From positions 1 through 37,894 of IMG/VR virus record IMGVR_UViG_3300025128_000132: a stretch of DNA of 37,894 bases, one strand, 5' to 3'. The notes under the pieces are model-generated. The model did no database searches. It was not told the DNA's origin and saw nothing but the letters and a program-made list of their open reading frames with translations. Numbering within the stretch: the first letter of the stretch is position 1; every line of letters begins with the position of its first letter. Below are positions 18,074-25,727 of the stretch, one piece after another. The position numbers and the translations under genes are program-made. Source of the stretch: a virus. Lineage: Duplodnaviria; Caudoviricetes.

Positions 18074-18323
18074 GCTGGGTCCAACCGGGCTGCGCTTAGA
18101 CCATGACAAGCTGCTTGACGATTGCTCTGCGATTTTGGGACAGGTAGCGAAGGACGCTGAACGGCTCCGTGCTAAGTTGGGGAATGTGCCTTGGGATTTT
18201 GTCAACACAGCTGGGCAGGGCTACCTGGAAAAAGCTCGCATGAGTTTAGCTAAAGCCGAAGGCTGCTTACTCGAAGCTAGAAAGCAGCTTGAGCATCAGC
18301 GGGACCGTGCCCGGAACGGGTAG
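18054..18323 (+). CDS. Hypothetical helical protein
   Basis: Fills operon gap, GGGGGG RBS-like tract. Confidence 0.6.
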   Translation: MMSRPSELGPTGLRLDHDKLLDDCSAILGQVAKDAERLRAKLGNVPWDFVNTAGQGYLEKARMSLAKAEGCLLEARKQLEHQRDRARNG

Positions 18324-18696
18324 TGCTGGGCCGTACCAAATAGTCTTACCGTGGGAAGGGCTCGTCCCTGACAACCGCCGCTTCATAGGTGGGAAGGGGC
18401 ACATACTGACCCAACGCTATCGAGCGGGGAAAGAGTTCTGTTACACCCTGGCGATGACTCAGGTACGGCACCGGCCATCACACCCGGACGGTACTGTCTG
18501 GATGCACTTAGCATTCTATATGCCGGATAAGCGCAGACGAGATCCGAACAATCTCTTGAAGGGGATCGCTGACGCTCTCGAAGGGGTTGTGTACACAGAT
18601 GACAAACAGATCACGAAGCTCTCCTGGGAGAACATGGGCCTAGACCGTGACCAGCCCCGGGTAGAGATCAGCTACGGAGCTCACGGCGATGAGTAG
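18289..18696 (+). CDS. rusA: RusA-like Holliday junction resolvase
   Basis: PDKRRRDPNNLLKGIADALEGVVYTDDKQI; start uncertain. Confidence 0.9.
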   Translation: MSISGTVPGTGSAGPYQIVLPWEGLVPDNRRFIGGKGHILTQRYRAGKEFCYTLAMTQVRHRPSHPDGTVWMHLAFYMPDKRRRDPNNLLKGIADALEGVVYTDDKQITKLSWENMGLDRDQPRVEISYGAHGDE

Positions 18697-19441
18697 GAAT
18701 ACGCCAGGCTTCATTTTGCTGAGCAGGGATCTGCTCGACAAGAGCATCTTTGGCGAGCCGGATATGCTGAAGCTGTGGATCTTCATCTTGCTTAGGACCA
18801 ACTTTGGCAAGAAGAGTTACGAGTATTCCGGCGTGAAGGTAGGCCGAGGTCAGTTCCTCAGAAGCTATCGAGCGATAGCCCGGGACTGTGCCTACAGGCT
18901 TCGTAGCAAAAAGGTGCAGTGGTCGCCGGGCAAGGTCGAGCGGATGATCAAGACGTTGGTCGCTGGTGGTAGGATTCGTATCATTCCACATGACCAGCCG
19001 AACGTGGGCACACTCATCGAGGTCATCAACTACGACAAGTGGCAGAACATAGCTTCCTATGTGAAAGCTGCACCGGCTGATGCAAAGAAGAAAACGCAGG
19101 GAGCTGATCACTCGAAAGAGCTGTGGCAGATCTGGCTAAACGAGCTCAGTCCGAAAGGTCCACACCCTACGCTGACCGCCAAGCGAGCTCGCGTCTTGAA
19201 TGCGCTCTACTCAGAGCACCTGTCAAAGAATGGCGGTGACCCGCACCAGCTGTTTCGTGGAATAGTGAAAGCCCTCAAGGCCAGCGAGTTCCATAGCAGC
19301 AAAAGACAGTATCAATATCCGGAGAGTTTTCTCTCTAGCCCGGAGCGTAGAGAGTCCTGGTATTTGAAATCATTAGAGAAGTCCCATAACCCACAAGCGG
19401 CTCAAGGCGTAAGCCTCGAAGAGCTATGGAGCGACGAATGA
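18689..19441 (+). CDS. Replication initiator (lambda O/DnaD-like N-terminal wHTH)
   Basis: GFILLSR...LKLWIFILL...RGQF..S...TLIEVINYDKWQ N-domain; helical C-domain. Confidence 0.8.
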   Translation: MSRNTPGFILLSRDLLDKSIFGEPDMLKLWIFILLRTNFGKKSYEYSGVKVGRGQFLRSYRAIARDCAYRLRSKKVQWSPGKVERMIKTLVAGGRIRIIPHDQPNVGTLIEVINYDKWQNIASYVKAAPADAKKKTQGADHSKELWQIWLNELSPKGPHPTLTAKRARVLNALYSEHLSKNGGDPHQLFRGIVKALKASEFHSSKRQYQYPESFLSSPERRESWYLKSLEKSHNPQAAQGVSLEELWSDE

Positions 19442-20241
19442 GAAGTCTCAAATTGCACTACGATATGTCCGACAGCGACTACTTCGATTATCCAGCTGCA
19501 AGCAACAGCTTGTTGACGCAGCTCAAGCGGAGCCCGGCTCATTTGATGGAGGCGATCAAAAATCCTGCACCGCCTACTCCGGCTATGCGGCTTGGTTCAG
19601 CGTTCCATGTCGCTACGCTTGAGCCTGAAAAATTCGACAAGTTCTGGGCTAGAGGCAGCGAGCTCAAGGGCACCACCAAAGAAGGCAAGGCAGCGAAGAA
19701 GGAACTCTCGATGCAATTTTCTCCGGACAAGATTTTGAAGCCAGCTGACTACGATACTGTCTGCCGGATGCGAGATTCTGTACTGGGACACTCGGTAGCT
19801 GGTGAGCTCCTGGAAGGTGCAAAGACTGAGGTGGTCGCGATGTGGGAGGACGATTCGACGGGCATCTCATGCAAGGCAAAGATCGATGTGTTGCCTGGAG
19901 ATGACGGTTACCTGGCAGACCTCAAATCGACAGTTGATGCGAGTCCGGAACACATGGCAAAGGCCATTCACAATTTTGGGTATTACCGCCAGGCCGCATG
20001 GTACACCAGCCCGTTTGAAACTCGATCTGACTTCTACATGATTTGCTGCGAAAAAAAACCGCCATTCGCGGTCGCAGTCTATTGGGTGAGGGAGTCAGCT
20101 GTGCGCCAAGGGCAGATTGAGGTGCAAGCATTGCTCCAGCAGTGGGCAGATTGCATCGATCAATACGGGCTCGACGGCGAGTGGCCGGCCTATGCAGAGG
20201 TGGTACATGAGATCGATCTGCCGGTCTGGGCGCAACGATGA
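19438..20241 (+). CDS. PD-(D/E)XK exonuclease, RecE/exonuclease VIII-like (DUF3799)
   Basis: MRLGSAFH...LEP, CKAKID, DLKST, YYRQAAWY, EKKPPF motifs. Confidence 0.9.
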   Translation: MRSLKLHYDMSDSDYFDYPAASNSLLTQLKRSPAHLMEAIKNPAPPTPAMRLGSAFHVATLEPEKFDKFWARGSELKGTTKEGKAAKKELSMQFSPDKILKPADYDTVCRMRDSVLGHSVAGELLEGAKTEVVAMWEDDSTGISCKAKIDVLPGDDGYLADLKSTVDASPEHMAKAIHNFGYYRQAAWYTSPFETRSDFYMICCEKKPPFAVAVYWVRESAVRQGQIEVQALLQQWADCIDQYGLDGEWPAYAEVVHEIDLPVWAQR

Positions 20242-21104
20242 AAAAGGTCAACATCTTTGGTGATGAATGGCTGCAGGAATATGAAGAGCTGCAGACGAAT
20301 CCGAAGGTGCATTCGATTAGCTTTGGGCTTCCAAGCCTCGATAGGATTTGCCATGACCAAGGGCAGAGGAAAGGGAGCGGCCCCTGGCTCAACTGTCTGG
20401 CCGGCAATCCCGGAATCGGCAAGACAACGGTAGCACTCTCGATGTGTGCAGCTGCCCTCAAGGATGGTCATTCGGTTGGCATGATCAACCTGGAGCAGAC
20501 AAACATCCAGCTGAGTACGAGACTCTACTCGATATACACCGGCCAGAAGCTGCGCGACCTCGAACCGGGAGGCTTCAACAAGTTCGCCTGGGAGGTAACG
20601 AAGCAAGCATTTGTAGATGCTCCTGCCTTGTATGTGCCTGAAGGAATTTTGATGAGCTGGGAAGAGATCCTGGCCTACGCGACCAGTTGCCATGAGCAGG
20701 GGTGCAAATTTTTCTGCTTGGATTATTTGCAGCTGGCTACAGCCGGCACGGAAGCAGCGATCTATGAATCAACGCAGCGTGTGGTGACCGAGCTCAGGCG
20801 GTTCTGTCTTGAGACTGAAAGCACGGTGCTGATGCTGAGTCAGTGGAACAGGACAGGCTCAACGTCAGAGCATCCTCCTACGGCTCAACATCTTCACGGC
20901 GGTATGACGGTAGAGGCCAGTTGCGATTTGGTCTTGGGGCTCGATCACACGACCGTCATCCGGAAGGGATCGAAGGGCTACTTCAAGCTGCTGATCTTAA
21001 AGAATCGACATGGCGAATTGATCCAGGGCGGCATCCCTCTCGAGATAGATTTTTCTAATCTCACTGTCACTGAGTGCTTGCCGGACGTAGACCCGTGGGG
21101 TTGA
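20238..21104 (+). CDS. DnaB-like helicase (C-terminal ATPase domain only)
   Basis: GNPGIGKT Walker A, INLE, LDYLQL, MLSQ, KNRHG. Confidence 0.88.
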   Translation: MKKVNIFGDEWLQEYEELQTNPKVHSISFGLPSLDRICHDQGQRKGSGPWLNCLAGNPGIGKTTVALSMCAAALKDGHSVGMINLEQTNIQLSTRLYSIYTGQKLRDLEPGGFNKFAWEVTKQAFVDAPALYVPEGILMSWEEILAYATSCHEQGCKFFCLDYLQLATAGTEAAIYESTQRVVTELRRFCLETESTVLMLSQWNRTGSTSEHPPTAQHLHGGMTVEASCDLVLGLDHTTVIRKGSKGYFKLLILKNRHGELIQGGIPLEIDFSNLTVTECLPDVDPWG

Positions 21105-21781
21105 AGCTCTACTACCAGGACCGCTCGATTACGATCTATCACGGCGACTGCCGGGAGGTCGGATCACTCGAGCTCCAGGTCAACGATGCTCCACTGAAAG
21201 CACCTGACGCGATTATCGCTGACCCGCCATATAACGTAGGCAAAGATTTTGGCGAGCTCACCAACGACAGCCGCGACGATTACCCGGAGTGGACCCGCGA
21301 ATGGTTCGACGCGGTGAGGTCGGTCGCCTGGAAGATGGTGGTCTTTCCCGGTCACGGGAATCTGCCGATGTGGTTGTCTGAGTTTCATCCGTCAGCGGTA
21401 GGCTGCTGGCTGAAGACTACAGGTGGAGCTCCGTCACTACTCGGTATCTGTAACTGGGAACCTTGGCTGTACTGGTGCGGCGACAAAGGTGCGCTGGGCG
21501 GGAGCGATGTCATCAAGTCGAGGGTAGGCACACCATATGAGCGGGGCAGCAATGCAGCTGCATCGAGTGCTCATCCGACTGCGAAGCCGGTCGATTTGAT
21601 GCAGGGGCTGGTGCAGAAGCTGCGTTGTGAGGTGGTGCTGGACCCGTTCGCTGGGAGTGGATCGACCCTGTTGGCTGCTAAGAATTTGGGGAAGAAGGCA
21701 ATCGGCATCGAGATTGAAGAGAAATACTGCGAGCTCGCAGCTCAACGCTGCAGTCAGAACTCACTCGACCTGGAAGGCTAA
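21101..21781 (+). CDS. DNA N4-cytosine/N6-adenine methyltransferase (beta class)
   Basis: IYHGDC, DPPY, HPTAKP, LDPFAGSGST, IGIEI; TTGA overlap start. Confidence 0.93.
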   Translation: MKLYYQDRSITIYHGDCREVGSLELQVNDAPLKAPDAIIADPPYNVGKDFGELTNDSRDDYPEWTREWFDAVRSVAWKMVVFPGHGNLPMWLSEFHPSAVGCWLKTTGGAPSLLGICNWEPWLYWCGDKGALGGSDVIKSRVGTPYERGSNAAASSAHPTAKPVDLMQGLVQKLRCEVVLDPFAGSGSTLLAAKNLGKKAIGIEIEEKYCELAAQRCSQNSLDLEG

Positions 21782-22101
21782 TGGCAGACGTTAACTATGT
21801 GATGCGGGTGTTGGCCGGGGTATCGATGCTGCCACTCGAAAGGTGTACCGATCATGCAGCTGAATGGAAGCGTGACTTGGCGCGAGCCATCGAGGAGCTG
21901 GACTCGACTCCGAGGTTGCCGGCTGACGATCCGTTACGTTTCAATAGTGAAGGTGAACTGCTCAGTAAGGAAACACTCAGTGCCAAGCTAGGAGACATCA
22001 TTGAGTCTTGGCCGTCATGGGAACAGGAGAAGAAACGCTATGCCAGGAAAAAAACTTACCCGGTCTATAGGCCGCAAACTTTCAAGGTACGGAGAGGATG
22101 A
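21781..22101 (+). CDS. Hypothetical protein
   Basis: TAATG coupling, GAAGG RBS. Confidence 0.6.
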   Translation: MADVNYVMRVLAGVSMLPLERCTDHAAEWKRDLARAIEELDSTPRLPADDPLRFNSEGELLSKETLSAKLGDIIESWPSWEQEKKRYARKKTYPVYRPQTFKVRRG

Positions 22102-22546
22102 GGTCTTTGCGCTGTACCTGAAGTACGGCTCAGTGCGTAAGCTACTGAAGTCGATGCCGAAGGAAGTGGGTACGATGTCGCACGGCGTGTTTTATGAATG
22201 GCTGAAGGAGACTGCCGAACGGTGGAGTAAGTGGCAGTCGGTCCAGGAGATACGAGCGAACCAGTGGGCTGAAGAAGCTCTCGAAATTGTAGACTCAGCT
22301 GATGAGGACAATGTCCAAGTCGCCAGGCTTAGAGCTGATATGCGGAAGTGGTTAGCTGAGAAGTTCAACAGGAACCAGTTCGGCAAGCCTGAGCTGGTAG
22401 CTGCGATTGGTATCCAAATCAGTGACGAGTTCCTGAGCTCGTTGAAGGAGGTCGAGGTGATGGCTAAAGAGCGAGCTGAGAAGGCCAAGCTGGCAGAGCT
22501 GGAGGTGGAAGCCGAAGAGGTTGAGTTCGAGGTGGTTGGTGAGTAG
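22040..22546 (+). CDS. terS: Terminase small subunit (Sf6/P22-like)
   Basis: HTH (SVRKLLK...HGVFYEWL), AEEALEIVD, ARLRADMRKWLAEK...FG; AGGAG RBS. Confidence 0.82.
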   Translation: MPGKKLTRSIGRKLSRYGEDEVFALYLKYGSVRKLLKSMPKEVGTMSHGVFYEWLKETAERWSKWQSVQEIRANQWAEEALEIVDSADEDNVQVARLRADMRKWLAEKFNRNQFGKPELVAAIGIQISDEFLSSLKEVEVMAKERAEKAKLAELEVEAEEVEFEVVGE

Positions 22547-22866
22547 TGAGTGGGACTCGATACCTGGCGTTGGCTGTGGTGCTCAGAGCTGTGAGGGATA
22601 TGCATATGCATGGAGCCAGGATGACTACCGCACCTAGTCTGAAGGAACACCTCGACGCTATTGTCTGGCTAGGATCAACTCATGCAACTGTGTGGTTTGA
22701 TGTAGCTGATGTAAACCAGTTCAACGTGCTATGGGAGAATGATTGGATGAGGTACGCAGGAGCTGCACTCGATGGCGATAAGCTCGATGCCGAAGAACGT
22801 CAGCTGCTCCAGGTTGGAGTGAAGGTGTTCAGGGACCTAAAGGCTAGGTATGACAATGGGTTCTAG
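22546..22866 (+). CDS. Hypothetical protein
   Basis: TAGTG coupling; LALAVVLRAVRD motif common in small phage proteins. Confidence 0.65.
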   Translation: MSGTRYLALAVVLRAVRDMHMHGARMTTAPSLKEHLDAIVWLGSTHATVWFDVADVNQFNVLWENDWMRYAGAALDGDKLDAEERQLLQVGVKVFRDLKARYDNGF

Positions 22867-22920
22867 AGCCAACTCCCGCCCACCAACCCCGAACACTCGC
22901 ATGTGCCCGTGAACGGGCTC

Positions 22921-23111
22921 GTAAGTTGTTGTGCCACATGGGTTTAGGTCCGTGGAACTAGAACCGTACGACCAAACCAGTTCAGGAACCCGGACTGGGT
23001 TCCGGTTTGGGTTTTATGCAAGATCGATGAATAATTGTCCACGGATAGGTAACGATAACATTGACGGTTTATGCATGAAGTCAGTAAGTCGTTGTGTTAC
23101 ATAGACTTAGG
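22921..23111. repeat. Pair of 28-bp imperfect direct repeats with dyad symmetry (IHF-like)
   Basis: GTAAGTTGTTGTGCCACATGGGTTTAGG (22921-22948) vs GTAAGTCGTTGTGTTACATAGACTTAGG (23084-23111), 22/28 identical. Confidence 0.75.
22972..23016 (+). terminator. Bulged hairpin, probable intrinsic terminator
   Basis: CCAAACC-(6-nt bulge)-GGAACCC-GGACT-GGGTTCC-GGTTTGG followed by GTTTTA. Confidence 0.5.
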
Positions 23112-23122
23112 GGTTCGGTCCA

Positions 23123-23150
23123 AGGTAACATAATGGATATTATACGAACT
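23123..23150 (-). other. dif-like XerC/XerD recombination site
   Basis: Minus strand AGTTCGTATAA-TATCCA-TTATGTTACCT; 11-6-11 layout; compare E. coli dif GGTGCGCATAA-TGTATA-TTATGTTAAAT. Confidence 0.8.
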
Positions 23151-23264
23151 TGTCATCAAAATAGGACACTTTTCAGGAAAAAAGACCCCCCCTAAAAACA
23201 AAGAGGGCCGGTGATTTTGAGTTGCTCGACACACATTATTTCCCAAAAAATTTAGGAGAAAAAA

Positions 23265-23498
23265 ATGACAGCCAACGGAACGGATGTTTTAGATCTAGCT
23301 GACAGGATACAGGGCCGAGTCCGGTTTTATCCGGTTGGTGATCCACATCGTAGACTACTCGAGACTACGTTTGCTGCTCTGCGGTCCATAGCTGACGGAG
23401 AGAGCTCGTTGACAGCTGAATCGGTCCAGGACTGGCTCCGGGACCAGGGCGTAACTCTGACTAAAACGCAGCTCAAAACGCTAGGCTTAGATGGCTAG
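23265..23498 (+). CDS. Hypothetical protein
   Basis: Strong TAGGAG RBS, 77 aa. Confidence 0.7.
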   Translation: MTANGTDVLDLADRIQGRVRFYPVGDPHRRLLETTFAALRSIADGESSLTAESVQDWLRDQGVTLTKTQLKTLGLDG

Positions 23499-23505
23499 AG
23501 TTCCG

Positions 23506-23685
23506 GACACCCCTTCAAGACACCCTTCAAGACACCCTTCAAGACACCTCGCATCGAGCGTTAAGCCTGTACTGATGCGACATCTTGGGTCTATTGCCGG
23601 GAGATCTAGACACCCATCTAGACACCTTTCAAGACAGGGGTTCCCGACAATAGTAACTAAGTAACTATTAAAGAACTAAATAATA
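23506..23685. other. Putative replication origin: 12-bp iterons plus AT-rich tract
   Basis: GACACC(C/T)(T/A)TC(A/T)A units at 23506, 23519, 23531, 23609, 23621, partial at 23543 and 23633; AT-rich 23649-23685. Confidence 0.7.
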
Positions 23686-23732
23686 CACGGAGAGAATTTG
23701 TTTGACGGGCTGGTGGTACTTGTCGCATAGTT

Positions 23733-23945
23733 ATGGAACCGGGAGCTGGTATGAAGCTGACAACGAACAAACGTAATAGGATGCATTCGAGCTCGTTCGC
23801 GTTGCCTGAGAAACGAGCGTTTCCGATCAACGATAAATCTCACGCGAGAAACGCATTATCTCGTCTACATTACGCAACGCCCTCCGAACAAAAACAAATC
23901 AAAAGAGCTATCGATAAACGCTATCCGGGTCTACGAAAGAAATGA
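23733..23945 (+). CDS. Small basic conserved phage protein
   Basis: KRN.M.SSSFALPEKRAFPI.DKSHARNALSR motif seen near phage head genes; start may be 23751. Confidence 0.7.
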   Translation: MEPGAGMKLTTNKRNRMHSSSFALPEKRAFPINDKSHARNALSRLHYATPSEQKQIKRAIDKRYPGLRKK

Positions 23946-23958
23946 GGAAGTCTGACTG

Positions 23959-24126
23959 ATGCCGTATCGCGTCAAAGACGCTACAGTCCAGGTCGAACGC
24001 AAAAACGGATGGAAAACACTGAAAGTCCATAAACAGAGAACTGCGGCATTGGCACACTTGAAAGCTCTCAATATGAATGTCGGTAAGTCTTCGCACGGAC
24101 GTACAAAGAGGAAGGGGTACAGGTAA
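23959..24126 (+). CDS. 55-aa basic protein (not in ORF track)
   Basis: MPYRVKDATVQVERKNGWKTLKVHKQRTAALAHLKALNMNV...; GAGGA RBS, TAATG coupling to next gene. Confidence 0.7.
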   Translation: MPYRVKDATVQVERKNGWKTLKVHKQRTAALAHLKALNMNVGKSSHGRTKRKGYR

Positions 24127-25721
24127 TGCATCGAGGCCAGCCTCACTTTGATCCTACGCAAGAATTACCTGAAGACGGCTGGAACAGCTTTCAGGGCATC
24201 CCACATCAGTATCCGACTGAAGGTGAGCCGCTCCAGCTCAGTATGGAATACGGGACCGAACAGCCGGTAGGACCGCTAAAAGAAGGTTACGCCTACCCGG
24301 AGTATCAGCCTGGATTACTCGAATCACTTCCCGACCCCGACGCTCCATTTCGAGCCCGAGAAGAAGACCCGGATGAGGACACCCTTTGGCGTAAAGCGCG
24401 GAGGCTGGTTGAGCCGGAAGGGCTGGGTGAAACAGGAGCTCTCGTAGGAGCTGGGTTTGTACCTGGTTTGGATATTGGTATCGATTTGGTAGACCTGACA
24501 GCTGCCATCGAGGACAGAGATTTATCTAGAGGGCTGTGGGCGATGGCCGGCTTAGGGCTTCCTATCGCCGGTCGCTCCCTGAAAGAGCTCGTCGGATCAC
24601 TGGAGATCTTTAGACGCAAGGCTCCAAATATCGAAGGCACTCGAGCACCGCACCCAGATCAGCCGAATCCACAAGCTGGTGTATCCGGCAAGGTGCAGCC
24701 AACTGAGCTGAGTGAAAGGTTCGCTGAGAGCAAGGAAGCACAGAGGATTATCGACGAGCAAGTAGCGTCCGGCATCGAGACAGGTGGTCACAAGTGGTAC
24801 GAAACCGGCGGTATGCTGGAGACAATGCCAGAAGGATCGCCTGGTATGTCATTCGATGAATTTCACCTCATGGGCGCGGCCCTATCGCCACAATCGGATG
24901 TTGCAAGCGAGGCTTTTATAACCTCAATCGTGAATTTTGCGAGACAAAACAACATACCCCTAGAAGAAGCTCGTCGGATTTATGAGGGCGTATATCCATC
25001 TGAGCTTTTTGCTAGTCCAAGATGGAATCGTGCAAACCAACCCAGAGCCTCTGACTACGCTGACAGGGGTTGGATATTCCCACTGAAGGAAGGACAGCCG
25101 GATTTCAGTACAGGAGGACTCAAGACGCCATCCTACTACAGCGGTAGGGCCGGGCGTGGATCACTTGATCCAAGGTTGACGGGAGGGATGGCACCGATAG
25201 ATACGCATGAAGTCCAAGATATCCACTATATCATCAACCAGGTTCCAGAGCTCAGGGATGCAGCAATTCGTGCGAATTATGCTGGAAAGGTTCCTAGTGG
25301 GTTCGATCCGACACGCTATAGTCCGGATGATTTTTATGTGAACCCTAGTGGTGGCGGTGTAAAGACCACCTTGTTCCAAAACCCGCCAAGTACGCAAAAC
25401 CTCTCAGTACCCTACCGGAGAGCTGCAGAACGATTCAATCTACCTACGGTACAATCTGCCCAAGCAGCCAGATGGGAAGGCGGTAGAAACCTCGGTATCT
25501 CTATCCCCAAGACGCCACAATCTACGTTACAAGGATTGATTGAGCGATCAGTCAGAGAAGCGAACGAACTTTCCAATCAAGGATATGGCAATATCGCAGA
25601 CTTTGGCATAACTGGCGGCTATGACGATACCGCTCAAGGGTTGCTGCAATACTGGCAAGATGTGAGAGAGGGGAGACGGCTTCTCCCTAGCTCCAAGAAA
25701 GCCGCGCCCTGGATGCGCTGA
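24126..25721 (+). CDS. Effector-like protein: pre-toxin-TG-like module plus HhH-glycosylase-like (DUF7178-like) domain
   Basis: GFVPGLDIGIDLVDL module; WYE, AALSPQ, KTPSYY, PIDTH, YRRAAE...AQAARW motif series. Confidence 0.55.
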   Translation: MHRGQPHFDPTQELPEDGWNSFQGIPHQYPTEGEPLQLSMEYGTEQPVGPLKEGYAYPEYQPGLLESLPDPDAPFRAREEDPDEDTLWRKARRLVEPEGLGETGALVGAGFVPGLDIGIDLVDLTAAIEDRDLSRGLWAMAGLGLPIAGRSLKELVGSLEIFRRKAPNIEGTRAPHPDQPNPQAGVSGKVQPTELSERFAESKEAQRIIDEQVASGIETGGHKWYETGGMLETMPEGSPGMSFDEFHLMGAALSPQSDVASEAFITSIVNFARQNNIPLEEARRIYEGVYPSELFASPRWNRANQPRASDYADRGWIFPLKEGQPDFSTGGLKTPSYYSGRAGRGSLDPRLTGGMAPIDTHEVQDIHYIINQVPELRDAAIRANYAGKVPSGFDPTRYSPDDFYVNPSGGGVKTTLFQNPPSTQNLSVPYRRAAERFNLPTVQSAQAARWEGGRNLGISIPKTPQSTLQGLIERSVREANELSNQGYGNIADFGITGGYDDTAQGLLQYWQDVREGRRLLPSSKKAAPWMR

Positions 25722-25727
25722 CGCTCG

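Noticed and set aside
23075-23150. CTX-type fold-back attP (TTGTGTTACAT at 23092-23102 can pair with the XerD arm)
   Set aside because: Pairing does not extend convincingly over the XerC arm and the match is explained by the overlapping dyad motif; weak
23506-23636. CRISPR mini-array
   Set aside because: 12-bp units are directly tandem with no unique spacers; no cas genes
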